Assembly (NCBI GenBank): GCA_964016885.1
Contig: OZ024742.1
Span: forward strand, 121,892,001-121,956,000
Length of the DNA stretch: 64,000 nt
DNA from: Eledone cirrhosa
Lineage: Eukaryota
Reading direction: 5' to 3'
In this document: in pieces, positions 26,646 through 39,685 of the stretch
Position numbering within the stretch: the stretch's first letter is position 1
Layout of the letters: the number at the start of each line of letters is the position of its first letter
Program-made: the position numbers and the translations under genes
The notes under the pieces: generated by a model
Databases searched by the model: none
What the model was told of the DNA's origin: nothing
What the model saw: the letters and a program-made list of their open reading frames with translations, nothing else

Positions 26646-27810
26646 TATCTAATACCTTACTAGTTTAAAATCCTTTTTCTCAAAGGCTTATATATCTTTC
26701 AAAAATATACCCATCTTTCTACCTTATTTCAATATTATTTATTATATATTATATAATACAAGTTACTCATTCTATATCATTCCTCTTTATCACCTTCCTT
26801 TCTTCCTCTTTTCTTTTTAATTTCTAACCTCTAATCTCTACTTTTTCTTCCTAACTACTTCTCAATTCTTATTATTACTCACCACAACATTATCCATTCT
26901 TCCATATTTCCTCATGTCATTGGCCATAAAAATTATTATTATTTTTTTAATACATTATAGTATTACCTTTAATAGTCCTTCGTAAACATAAACATTTTTT
27001 TTGACGTTAGATTTTTCTTCCTTAAGTTCCTTATCTCATCATTTCATGCTCGTTTGACTTTTACATATTACAATACATAAAAACAAACTTAAACCCTAAC
27101 TAATTTCTTTTAATATATTATATTATTACCATTAGAAAATATTTCGTAAACAGTTATATTTTTTGATGTTAGATATTTTCTTCCTTAAATATTCTTTTAT
27201 TCTTTGCTTTCTGCGTTCATTTTTAAACAAACTATTTACGTACACATATTAGGCACAGATATTACATTACATAAAAACAAACTTAAACACTAACTAATTC
27301 CTCTAAATTCATAACTCATTCATTCTTCTACTTCTTTTCACATTATATCCTTAATAACATTAATATTTTAATTTTAATAATACATATTAATAATTTCTTT
27401 TCCTCGCACATATTATTAAACCCTTCAATATACAAACCTTAATTTAATATTATTCTTAATCCCTTTTTCTCTTCATGCATAAACCTCATTAACTTTTAAT
27501 TTCAAATTCTTTTAAATTATCTATTATCTTCCAACGGCTTTTTAACTTCTCTCTGTGAGACAATATATTTTTTTTATCAGTTGTAAAGGCTATCTCTCTC
27601 TCTCTATCACACATCTCTCCCCCTCTCTCATCCTTCCTTCTTTTACTCCTCCCCCACCATTCTATACCCTCATCTCCTCCTCTTCCTTACCTTTTCCAAC
27701 CCCCTCACATTTTCCCAATCTCATACGTCAATCTTAAATTATTTTTCATCTGTTGATTTAAAACTTCACTAATTACAAGTGTTTTTTGAGCTTCATATCA
27801 TGTATCCCTA

Positions 27811-27877
27811 TTTTATCTAATGAAAACGCAGATATCATCCCATGATGATATTTGTTTTTGAAATGCGCATAATAAAA
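27811..27877 (+). ncRNA. Hammerhead (family H), sense copy with a G5A core mutation
   Basis: Same as 25360-25426 but the core reads CTAATGA (27817-27823). Confidence 0.75.
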
Positions 27878-28029
27878 TAATTGGAACTCTTTTAACCATC
27901 TTTTGATCTTATATTATTTATACTCCTGTACTACAAACTGTAGAGTGCTACTTATCCGATATTTGCATTGCTTTATTGTGCTACAATAAAACTCATCTCC
28001 TACATATATTATATATATATATATATATG

Positions 28030-28150
28030 TTTTAATATAGAAGAGCTTCTATAGGACTAGAACTGTTTCATTCGTGAGAAATCATCAGGAAGCCCTGTAT
28101 TGAGTACCTTACTTCCTGTGGTTACCTCCGATTCAACCCGGAATAACTTA
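28030..28150 (-). mobile_element. Solo about 120-bp pseudo-LTR with an HHR-like motif (28044-28094, family I)
   Basis: GGCTTC-CTGATGA-TTTC-tcac-GAAT-GAAA-CAG-ttctagtc-CTA-TA|GAAGCT, with one mismatch in stem III; between TA runs. Confidence 0.6.
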
Positions 28151-28161
28151 TATATATATAT

Positions 28162-28361
28162 AACGAAGGAAATATGGTAAGGAACCAGATGGACCATAAC
28201 GCACCAAAGTACTCAATACTTAGGGTAGTAGAGTGGGTAATAGGAACGAGTAGGACCCCGACGGCTGAGCTCAAGCCGTTTCGACAGCTAATTCTTGACT
28301 CAGTCCAGAATTAGCCGTAGAAACGGCTTGAGTTCAGCCGTCAGGGTCCTACTCGTTCCTA
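28162..28361 (-). mobile_element. Palindromic mini-element, family B (half HHR)
   Basis: Fold-back at CTTGACT-c-AGTCCAG; TA flanks. Confidence 0.85.
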
Positions 28362-28372
28362 TATATATATAT

Positions 28373-29503
28373 ACCAGATAGAAAAATGCGTACAGCAAAA
28401 AAAAGTAATATTGTTGGAATATAAACCTTTAAAAATACAGGACAAGAAACTAAAATAAAACTTTAAAAGAATAGGACAAGAAACTAAGATACAACTTTAA
28501 AAGAATAGGACAAGAAACTAAGATAAAACTTTAAAGAATTGGACAAGAAATAAAAAAAATTTACAATAATATTAGTGGCAACATTTTTATTGGTAAAAAA
28601 TCGAGTTCCACATTCATAGGCTCTGGGTTCCACATTCAGAGGTCGTCGTCAGACCGGGGGGGATCATCTGATCCTGGTTTGAACACCAATTGGGCCATAA
28701 CCATACCCCTATTTCATCATTCGGCGACACGCCTCATGTGTCATGCATAATGTGAATGGACCCATGGGCCCATGAGCACAGATCTTGAGCAGCAGCGGAC
28801 GGTCTTGTCGTCCCGCTCATCCTTGATCTTGACCAACCTGTCCATCTTCTCCTTGCCTCTTGTCCTTGAGTTCAAGTCCGGCAGTCCAGATGAATGCGTG
28901 CCACAGCTTTCTGGTACAGGAAGGGGGAGCAGGAGGACTGGCGGGATGACGGGACAGAGGGTGGGAGGACCGGTGTTTGAGGGATGTGCCGTAGTCGGTG
29001 GTCAGAGTCGACATCTTGTCCTGGTCGTCTTCTCTATCTTCGTCTGGTGTTGCGGGACCAGAAGTGCATTCTTGGAGGAGACCTGCAGCTGCATCGGCCA
29101 ATTCTTCTTGCAATGGTCATTCTGACGGAGCAGAACTGCTCAGCCAACCAACCCCAACCAGAACCAACCGCTCAGGGGCAACGCACAATGAGAGCATGAC
29201 AATTATTATGCACTAATCAAGAAGATACTGGGGCATAGCACAGGAAACGAATAAAAAAATTTTGCCACTAATATTATTGTAACATTTTTTATTTCTTGTC
29301 CAATTCTTTAAAGTTTTATCTTAGTTTCTTGTCCTATTCTTTTAAAGTTTTATCTTAGTTTCTTGTCCTATTCTTTTAAAGTTTTATCTTAGTTTCTTGT
29401 CCTATTCTTTTAAAGTTTTATTTTAGTTTCTTGTCCTGTATTTTTAAAGGTTTATATTCCAACAATATTACTTTTTTTTGCTGTACGCATTTTTCTATCT
29501 GGT
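28373..29503. repeat. Inverted-repeat element, about 220-250-bp arms with internal 34-bp tandem units, around a GC-rich core
   Basis: 28373-28590 is inverted at 29251-29503; the unit GTTTTATCTTAGTTTCTTGTCCTATTCTTTTAAA has one more copy in the right arm. Confidence 0.85.
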
Positions 29504-29917
29504 CTACTATTTTTTAAGGCAATGCAAGCAACAACTATCTAATAATTAAATGATCATAGTGAATTACTGACAAGTGATTGACATTTTAAAGTTCTTTTGA
29601 GTATAATTGCAATCTAGTTGAGGCAACTGGCTTAATGACAAAGCTACGTCATTTCTGGATTACCTCCCCTAGCGTCACGCTTACTACTCACTCACTTGAA
29701 CACAAGATTTATCAGCAAACTTTGATTATAAACTTTTTCCCGCTGGACCAAATTTCTAGATTTTTAAGCCAAAAGATGCGTAATGATCTACTGTTCATGG
29801 TCATATAAGTTTTCTCTCAGTTAAATAAAGTAGAGCCGCGCTGTACTGTCGTAAACAGACGATTGCCAACGAAAACACGAACATAACAATATTACTAAAC
29901 GGACTAACGTCCGTTTA

Positions 29918-29957
<40 letters not shown>

Positions 29958-30143
29958 GTGTGTATATATATAAATGTAATCTGAGTTTTTCGAATATTAA
30001 TAATAATATTCGAATCCTTTATAATTATGCAAACACCCTCTTTTAAGCCATGTCAGTAGAACTGCAGTTCTGTTTATATGACAAACACAAGACTCAGCCG
30101 CCGACAGTCTCAGTGCTCTGTGTAATTCAGCTCCCATAATACA

Positions 30144-31775
30144 TTTGTTGACACTTACCGACACACTTTGAACTTCTTCAATTTCTAAAAGCGCCCTTGT
30201 CGCACCAACCTCACTCAAGCTGAACTCTGCTCTCTGTTCAGTCTACCGCACCACAATGACATTGTCATAAATCCCGCTGATGACGGTGGTGCCGTGGTGG
30301 CGTGGCGCGCAGACCTCTATGGGACTGAGGCCCTTCATGAACTTCACAATACCCATTTTTACTGGCCTTTCTCCTCTGATCCCACTCTAGTTTATCAACA
30401 CCTCATGCACTCCACTATTCATCAACTAATCCCCACCTCTCTCCACCCAACTGCCGCTAATCTTATAGTATTCATCTCTCGTATATCCACCATCTACTTC
30501 CTCCTCAAGTTACATACACCCGATAATCCCGGCGGCCTTACCATTTCAGTTTGTAACGACATAATCACCCAATACCTTGACACCTTCCTCGCCCCCTTAG
30601 TAACCGACTTCCCCTCCTACGGCCATGAAACTAATCATGCTCTTCGACTGTTTAATATTTTTGCCTTCTCTTCTTGAATCTCTCGCTTTTTTTCTTTACG
30701 ATGGACATTAACTCGCACTACATCGTAATCCCTCATGATGGTGGCCTCTGCGTTCGCCGACATTTTTATATTTACGTCCTAAACCTTACCCTAACAATTC
30801 CACCCTTCTCCGCCTTGCTGGGCTCATTCTCACTCTCAATGGATTTTCCTTTTCCAGAGGAGATTTTTACCAAAATCTCTCCGTGGTAACCATGGGTACA
30901 AGAATGGGCCCTAACTATGCCAACTTGTTCGTTGGCTACTTCGAAGCCTTTCTCTTCCCTCTGTACACTGGTCTGAACCCTGAGCTATATGGTTGTTACC
31001 TCTCTCTCTCTCCCGTGAACAGATCGACTCCTTTCTTTCTTTTGTCTAATCTTTCGATCCTGCCTTTACTTTCACCACTTATGTTTCTAACCCTTCAGTC
31101 CAATTATTTCACATCTCTCTGTCTATCGACCTTACTCACCACACACTTTCTCCTTCCGTCTTCTATAAGCCCACTGATTCTCACGCCTACCTCGAATTCA
31201 CCTCCTCCAATCCCACCAGTATCCAATTCCCCATATCCCACTCTCAATTCTTCCATCTCCGTCGGCTGTGTAGCCAGGTCCACGATTTTGAGACCCAGTC
31301 CCAACATTTGGCCTCTCGCTTCATCCAGCGTGGATATCTCCGTACCTTAACCCAAGCTACCCATACCCGCATTCATGAAGCCGACTGTATCACAGCCTTC
31401 TGACCCTACCACAGCCTTCCCAGCACCCGCCTTCCTTTCCCTCTCATTTACCATCCCTTCATCCTATCTTTCCGACGACATATCATCCTTTCCTTCCGCA
31501 CTCTCTCTTCTGAACCTCGTCACTTCTCGCTTCTTTCCAAATCCATCAATCACCGCCTTTAAGCGCGCCCGTATTTCCGCGACCTCCTGGTTGACAGTTC
31601 TTTCCTTTCCTATCCTAAGACTCTACACGGCTCCCATCATTGTTCTCGTTCCTGCTGTAACACCTGCCCCTTCATTTCTAACCTCACCACTCTCACAGGC
31701 ACTTAGGGTTCAGTCCGTATCCGCCATCATTCACTTCCAACGCCACCAACATCGTCTATACCCTCCGGTGTTCCT
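30144..31775 (+). pseudogene. Degenerate PLE RT (Penelope/Neptune-type) plus the start of the endonuclease linker
   Basis: IVINPADDGGAVVAW (cf. KPADKGGAVV), YFLLKLHTPDNPG, FTMDINSHY, MGTRMGPNYANLFVG, YKPTDSHAYL; many frameshifts. Confidence 0.85.
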
Positions 31776-32123
31776 TTTGCACATACATGCTCACAGCTTC
31801 GTAGTTACAAACACACATACACTCTCTTAAACTTATACACACACATAACCTCCTAGCTTTGTACGGTCAAATGACAAATACACACACCTACACGCACGCG
31901 TTTGCGTATAGAAACATATAGAAATCGATTTTTTCCTTTTCACCTAGATGCGTTCGATCACTGCGTTTTTAAACAAGATCATCTTACACAAAACGTTAGC
32001 ATCAACATTTTAGCAAGAGATGGTGACTAAATATACCCGTTTTCTACCTAAAGATTTTTTTTCGTTTTTGCTACTACCCAGTTTCCTCAATATTTCTATT
32101 TCTTTTTTAATTTCCTATTCTAT

Positions 32124-32158
32124 TTTCTGATGAACGACTAGCGTCCGAAACGTTCAGA
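32124..32158 (+). ncRNA. Degenerate minimal hammerhead-like motif downstream of the PLE remnant
   Basis: CTGATGA-AC-GAC-tagc-GTC-C-GAAACGTTC|AGA; stems I and III are weak. Confidence 0.45.
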
Positions 32159-32250
32159 CACTAATCCTACTATATCAAGTGTAAAACTAAGAATATATGT
32201 CGTCATTGTACTGTGTCGTTTACTTTTGTTTGCCTTTTGCATATATATAT

Positions 32251-33040
32251 ATCATCATCACCGTTTTACGTCCGTTCTTCCACACTAGCATTGGTTAGAC
32301 GGGTTGTCCTGTTGTGGGCAGTGTCTGGTCGGCTGACCTTGTCTTGCTCATACAGGAACTGATTCTGGCTTGATTTCTATAGCTGGATGTCCTTCCTAAC
32401 ATCAACCTCATTTACAGTGAGTGCTGGGTGCTTTTTTTCTGTGGCGTCTACACGTCCACTTTACAGTGTGGCCTGGGTGCTTTTTTGCCGTGGCACCTCC
32501 ACGACCAGTTTGCAGTGGGAGGGTCATATTGTCTATATGCTTCAGTTTCGGCTTGTACCCATGGGAGGTCGGGTACTCTGTATTACTGTGTGACGCCAGA
32601 GGTACGGCCGTGTGTCATCGCCTTTGAGAGGTGTAATTGGGTAAGGTCAGCTTTTATCACCTCATCCCAGGTCTTCTTGGGTCTCCCCACTCCGCAGTTT
32701 CCATTGACTTTTAGTGCTCTGCACCTTTTTATGCAGCTGTCATCCTTCATACGCATCACATGTCCATACCAACGCAACCACCTCTCCTGCACACATCATT
32801 TAATTCCTCTTATGCTCAGTCTCTCTCTCTCAATTAATTTATGCTTTGCCGTTCGCGTATATTACTATTACACATCCATCGGAGCATGCAGGCTTCGTTT
32901 CTATCTAATCTACGCAAGTCTTCCACCTTCAGCGCCGAGGTTTCACTACTATGTAACATTGCTGTTCGTATACACGCATCATACAGTCTGCCTTTCATTT
33001 TGAGGGAAAAGCCTTTTGCAGCTAGTAGTGTCGATCGACT
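32251..33040 (-). mobile_element. RTE-clade LINE 3' fragment with (GAT)n tail
   Basis: KGRLYDACIRTAMLHSSET, MLRWMC, LRWYGHVMRM, GRPKKTWDEVI. Confidence 0.85.
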
Positions 33041-33090
33041 GTCAATATACATATATATATATATATATTCATACATATTCACAAAAACGC

Positions 33091-33141
<51 letters not shown>

Positions 33142-33514
33142 AAACTGACTCACATACACAATAACACACACACAGACACATACACACTTATACTCTCGCA
33201 TCTCGCATATATCTCGCTATATATGCGTTTTTGTGCGTCCGTTTGTGTCTGTTTAAATGTATTCTCTACACTAACCTTATATAATTTTAATAGTGAGCAT
33301 TTGAAATATGGTTATGGACATCGCTCATTTAAATATTCATGAAGTCGGTTGAAAATAATCTAGAAGAGAGAAAGAGTGAGGGAGAGTTGGGAGAGCGAGA
33401 TATTGAGAGAATAGGAGGGTGAGAAATAGAGAGTGGGGAAGAGAAGGAGAGCTATGACAACGATGTCAATAAGTTGTCTTTAATGAATAATTTATTATTG
33501 AAGTAATTATAAGT

Positions 33515-34050
33515 ATTCATTGAAAAAATTATTGTTTTCGAAAATAAATATCTGAGAAATATATTTAATCATACTTTAGTAATTAATGGAATCTAAGTAA
33601 TATTTTGTAACCTAGGCAGAGAATACTCGGTTGTGTGTGCAAGAGCCAATGGTATTTGTCGCTGCTCAGTTAGCTTCAAATCGGCTTTGAACATAAAAAT
33701 CTATGATCAAAGGCACTTCAGCCTCGGCCTTTCAGCTATTTCGTCTTAATCATTATTTAAAACGGGCGGCAATATCAAATGGCGGTTTTATTTACAAAGG
33801 TAGGAAGTGGTTTGAGAGAAATATGACTGTTATTAGTAGTAATAGGAGAGATTTGCTTAAAATCTCCCACGCTGGTTAGCCATTGCTGAGTATGACGAAC
33901 AAATATTCATTGAAAATGATTATTGTTTTCGAAAATAAATATCTGAGAAATATATTTACTCATACTCTAGTATTTAATAGAATCTAAGTAATATTCTGTA
34001 ACTTAGGCAGAAAATACTGGTTAGCCATTGCTGAGTATGACGAATAAATA
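33515..34050. repeat. Local direct duplication (about 33515-33628 vs 33904-34017; also 33873-33900 vs 34018-34045)
   Basis: TATTCATTGAAAA..CTGAGAAATATATTTA..AATCTAAGTAATATT is repeated. Confidence 0.7.
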
Positions 34051-35579
34051 CCGACTGATTATATTAGACATAATATTTTCCAACATTAATTACTCTAACC
34101 TATGATGATGCATGTATCGCAATATACATAAACAGGACACTTGAACATGAGATATTATTTTAGCACAACCATGGTCTGTTCAGATGTAACAGTTTACGGA
34201 CAACTATTCGTAAACTCAACTTCATATTGCAGATTTTCTTATTTGTCTAGCAACGATAATATAACTAAAATATCGACACTGAATAACTGCACTGGGGGAT
34301 TTTCATGTTTTTTTTAAAGAAAAATATCTAATTATTCCACGTTTTCCTGTCTGTGGTCAACACATTTCAACTGTTCAGCAAGAACGATAGTTATAAACCG
34401 ATTGTATAAACCAAAGTAAATTTATTATGGGATCATGGGTCGACTCGCCTTCACATATATATGGCTGATGACACAATCTTTACTTTAGTATTACGAAAAC
34501 TATCACGTCACCGAAGACAGGCCATTTGCAGTGACTTGTGCTACATTTATGGTAATAGTACTTAACAATCTTTACAACAGAATTATTTAAGCAGCAGATA
34601 ATGCTAAAGAATTAATAGAAAATAGTGAATGATTTACGTAAGAATAGGAAGAAAACTCAGCGAGCAAGAGATGTTGAAGACATCAACAGAACAAGCTTCT
34701 AAATAGCATATGTTGTGGTGTCTAGAGTTTATTGTCTGTCTCAACTTTAAACGTTAGACACTACAACAGAGGATAATCATGCCGGTTTATATCCCAGTTT
34801 CTGTGGTGTTTAGCGACTGAGAGTACAAGACCTCCCTCCTGGACTCTGGACGCCAGTCCCTGTACGCATTTACATTTGAGTATATTAGAGTAACCTGAAA
34901 TGAAATATTTTGCTCAAGAACACAACCCATAACCAAGTCCAGCAATCGAACCCACGACATTGTGATCGTAAGTTCAACAGCCTTGGTACTATGCGCCTCC
35001 ACATAAGTTGTGGTGACTATGTAGTACTGTATCTGAATTAAAACTTCATATATTTTGTTAAAAGCAGCATGTGATATATTTTTATCAAATTAAAGATCCT
35101 CTCTTGCAATATTTTATATCGTATATTATGTTTTATGCTATTATTGATTGGTTGCATACATTAGTTTGAAGTTGCTATACGTTTTAAAGGCTAGAAATAA
35201 ATAAAATAGGAAGGAATGTGAAGGAAGTTAAAGCGTTAACTAAACATAATGTTTTCTATGTAGACAGTAACATATAACTGCATCAAGATTATAAAGATTA
35301 AATATAAACAATTTCGAAATAATGGTGTGATAGTTCATAGTTTACCGATCAATTAAGATGTAAAGTGAGATATGACTTAAAGACTTAGCTTTTGAAAACA
35401 ACTAAGATACTAGATCAAGAATCATTCACTGGATTTACAGACACAGACATATATATATATATAGTTATGTGCACATATACTTACGTAAAGATATATATCT
35501 ATATGAATACACAAAAACCCAGCCAAACATATGTATGTATGTATGTATGTATGTATATATGTATGTATGTATGTATGTA

Positions 35580-36690
35580 TCACCTTGATCACCTTGACCG
35601 ACCAGTCTGTCGGGCGTCCATTCCGCGCCACTGGTCACAGCACACCGTCCATTCCTCTCTGGATCGTGCTTTCCTCATCCATGTAGTCCCAATCATATTC
35701 CTAAAATCGTAACTCCACCTCCGCCTTCCGAATGGCCGTTTCCGCTGGCGCGGGTACCACTCGGCAACTGCGCGGGTCCACCGATTATCGGGGAACCGGG
35801 CAACGTGTCCAGCTTATCTGAACTTGCTGCGCATATATTCCATGATGACGTCCCCCACGCCGGACTTGTGTCTGATGACTTCGCTCCTACTGCGCTCTCT
35901 CAACAAGATTCCTAGCATTGATCTCTCCATGGCTCTTTGAGCCGTTACCAGCCTCTGCTCTTCTCTCTTCGTTGTAGCCCAAGTTTCACTGCCATATAAC
36001 ATTGCAGGTAAAACTGTGCTATTGAAGAGGTTGGCGCGGGTGGTCTTGTCCAACCTCCACTTGAGCACAACCCTTATGCCATTGAACGCCTTCCATCCGG
36101 CCCTTACCCTCCGCGAGATCTCCCTCTCAATATCTCGGCGCATGTTCACTTCTTGTCCTAGGTAGACGTATTCCTCCACCTCCTCTATTTCATCACCACC
36201 AACCGCCATTCGACCCGTTGGTACGTTGTCGGACCGCATGAACTTCGTTTTCATGCGGTTCATCTTGAGGCCTACTGCAGAGCTTTTGATGTCGAGCTCC
36301 GTCAGCATGGTCTGAAGCTGATCCGTGGTTTCAGCGATGAGCACGATGTCATCAGCGAAATGGAGGTGGATAAGTATCTCGCCGTTGCTGTTACACCCCT
36401 TTGCTAGTCAATGCCTCTGATGATCTGCCCGAGACACGCGCTGAAAAGATTTGGAGAGATCGTATCTCCTTGCTTCACTCCCTTCTCGACTGGCACTCGT
36501 ACGAGTGATGACAGCAGAGCTATGTCGGTGGTGCATCCGGAATTCGCCTCCTTGGGCAGTTGAACGTATTGCGCCTCGACCCCTTGCCTCAGCAGCGATT
36601 TCAGCACCGCGTTGATTTCGACGCTGGTCGAAGTCCTTCTCGTAGTCTACGCGACGCAAAGAGGCATCTTGTACTCTTGTACTCGCTCAA
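35580..36690 (-). pseudogene. RTE-clade LINE RT fragment through its 3' end
   Basis: VDYEKDFD, KGVKQGDTISPNLF, LHFADDIVL, YVYLG, LPAMLYGSETW, AGHVAR..NRWT..EWYPR. Confidence 0.9.
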
Positions 36691-36703
36691 GTATATATAT
36701 ATA

Positions 36704-36781
<78 letters not shown>

Positions 36782-36785
<4 letters not shown>

Positions 36786-37197
36786 ATAAAAATAAATTTG
36801 AAAACTTAAATCCAAAGAGGGCTCGATAAGGATAAATATATATCAAATATATAAGAACCCTAGAGCAAATATTTATTAAAATAAAAGATTAAAGTTTAAG
36901 CAAAGAATCGATGCTTTCACCCGTAACGGGATCTTCTGAAACTAAAAAAAATTAATCTGTGAACGCAGAAGCAAATATTTCGAAAAACGTTGCAACCGAA
37001 GGAAACCAGGATGACGATACTTTGGTCGGAGGACACGTTCCCTGGCATCGTCTTCCTGGTTTCCTTCGGTTGCAATGTTTTTCGAAATATTTGCTTCTGC
37101 GTTCACAGATTGATTTTTTAGTTTCAGATGATTCCGTTAAGGGTGAAAGCAGCGATTCTTTGCTTAAACTTACATCTGTTATTTTAATAAATAAATA
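36782..37197 (-). mobile_element. Palindromic non-coding element (family D)
   Basis: Long arm 36782-37045, inverted shorter arm 37046-37197; TA flanks; HHR-like motifs at 36893-36943 (-) and 37120-37170 (+). Confidence 0.85.
37120..37170 (+). ncRNA. Hammerhead-like fold with U4A core (family D)
   Basis: AGTTT-CAGATGA-T-TCC-gttaa-GGG-T-GAAA-GCA-gcgattctt-TGC-TT|AAACT. Confidence 0.6.
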
Positions 37198-37445
37198 TAT
37201 ATATATATATATACATATATTATATGTGTATGTGTGTGTGTTTGTGTTTATGTGTGCATGTATCTATCTGTGTATGTATGTATACATACACACACACACA
37301 CACATATATATATATGTACATATATATACATACGTACACATATGCGTACATACATTCATACACCCCCTCCATATATATATATAAATAATATTTTGGTAAA
37401 TATCTCCGAGATGTACAGCAGTCAATCTATTGGACGAGATTTAAT

Positions 37446-37588
37446 GTTATTAAATTCAATACTTTAATGAAGAATCGGTGAACAAAACTCAACTTATTCA
37501 ACTAGTCGAACAAGTTGAATTTGCTCAACGAAACGAGTGTCTGCGTTTCTTCGTGTAACGTCTTCATTGTAGTGTTGAATTTAATAAC
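37446..37588 (+). other. Three-helix structured element (MITE-like or structured RNA)
   Basis: 28-bp closing stem enclosing a long imperfect hairpin and a 6-bp GAAACG/CGTTTC hairpin. Confidence 0.55.
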
Positions 37589-38648
37589 CCCCCCCCCCCC
37601 ACACACATATATAGTGATTCAAGCACACCCACCCACACACACTACACACACTCATATACAATTTTGTTTTCATTATTTTGCATGATATTTCTATTTACTG
37701 GTTTTCGTTTGCTGGCCGTTTGTTAATACACTAGATTTACAGTATTAATTGCTGTTGCTGTGAAACCGAACAATTACAGGAATACTAATCATAGGATTTG
37801 AAATATATTCCTATTTTACTCTGTCTTTCAAATATTCTCATAAATGTACATCTGCCTTTGGGCAACGAATCGAAAGAGACCATTTTTCAGTTTAAAAATT
37901 AGTCAAGCATGCATATGAAACCTGGTTTATAGCAGAGTTGTCATGTTAAGGTTAATGAAACATTATAAAGCCGATAGATAATATATTTATCATTAATTAA
38001 AATTTTGGTTTATTTCTTGTTCGTTTTCTCTTCAGTTTTGGAAAGGTAATTATCAAAATATTAATTGAAACTTTTTAAAAATAAATAAATAAAAGAATAA
38101 CTATAAGGGAAGGAGTGTGTGAAAGCGACACTGGTAATTTTACGCCAGATGAAGTATTCGTACTGAACTTCCCAAAGGTCATACAAAAGTCTTCTTAGAT
38201 CAAATAATTAGACATTCTATTACAAAATAGTAAATGGACGTCCGTTTCTTTCGACCATGCATATTCTACTCGTTCATTCAATAAAAGCATCTAATCGTTA
38301 ATGAGTTCCCGGTTATTCATTTTACATTAATTCTCAGGGAGATTCAGCGGGACGCAGGAAGTGACATCGTTGCACCTTTTCGTATGCATCAGTATATAAA
38401 GTGAACACCATAATTCAAGAGAAAGACATGTCACACTCAACGACCGTTTACACGAAATCTCGCTTGAAGATATTTCATTTCAGTTTTATTGATTAAAATC
38501 GTATTAAAGCCATCTGCATCACCACATCAAGTTTTCTTTCACCAGCAACATAAAGATTTGTACCTCCTACAATGTAAGTGCTATGGTGTATCTCAGTATT
38601 TCATTGAAAGGAATATGTTACAATTAGATAGTCGCCCATTATTTCCTC

Positions 38649-39685
38649 TGGGAGAGTCATGTTGCCAATAAGAAACACACGCGCCAGTTACTTTCACTTC
38701 AATTTATTATAAGTTAAATTTATAAATTTAGGAATTTATAAATTTCCGCTTGGTTGGTTGGTTCCACAACTAGACGATTGTTCATATATTGCCAAAGTTC
38801 TTTCGTCACACATTCTGTGACCTCTTCAGTGACTGGGGATTATTTTCTTTATTTTTGTGCCTCCATAAAACCACTTATTAGCAATACATACCCTTTTCAA
38901 AGACCTCACTGTATAGATAAGAAATGTATAATCTGTAAACTAAGCCCCTCCATATTAACTATAAAACTAGAAATGTAGTATATAGCATAAGATGTACTGA
39001 AGGACAATGTAGAGATAAAAATATAGTGTACATAGGTGAGACAGCTCGTAGTATAGGAGAACGGATAAATGAACATTGGCGAGACCTTCAAGATAGTAAA
39101 GAATCATCTGTACTCCACCAACATGCTAAAATAGAACATAAGGGTAAATTAGAGAACATAGAAATAAACATAGAATCTACACACAGAAAAGACGCAATGT
39201 TTAGACAAATCACAGAGGCAATAAACATAAATGAACTCCAACCAAAATTAAATAGAAAACATGAATGGAACAGCAACATCACAACTTACGATTAAGGACA
39301 AAATGAAAACACACACACACATAGAACAAACAACCAACCAGTAACTTGTAAATAAACAAATAAACAAATATAAACACACACAGACACCCAGATGTAAAAC
39401 ATGCGCAAACTAAGCACACAACACACACAAAAACAAGATGGCGTAAGACAGAACAAAGGGGAGGCAAAAAAACAAAAAAAATAATCCCCAGTCACTGAAG
39501 AGGTCACAGAATGTGTGACGAAAGAACTTTGACAATATATGAACAATCGTCTGGTTGTGGAACCAACCAACCAACCGGAAATTTATAAATTCCTAAATTT
39601 ATAAATTTAATTTATAATAAATTGAAGTGAAAGCAACTGGTGCGTGTGTTTCTTATTGGCAACATGACCCTCCCAAAGCATAACA
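38649..39685 (+). mobile_element. Short PLE (family A): inverted pseudo-LTR, GIY-YIG remnant, pseudo-LTR
   Basis: 38649-38864 is inverted at 39459-39675; YIGETARSIGERINEH..SVLHQH..RQITEA..QPKLNRKHEW at 39026-39295; HHRs at 38791-38833 (-) and 39491-39533 (+). Confidence 0.9.

Larger units (their letters stand above)
25316..28005 (+). mobile_element. Penelope-like element PLE3, 5'-truncated, with an inverted repeat
   Basis: About 25321-25777 is inverted at 27459-27917; endonuclease ORF; the sense arm extends about 85 nt; TA flanks. Confidence 0.9.

Noticed and set aside
28590-28656. Minus-strand CTGACGA with a CTCTG/CAGAG hairpin
   Set aside because: The second core reads GAAT, and stems I and III cannot be formed convincingly.
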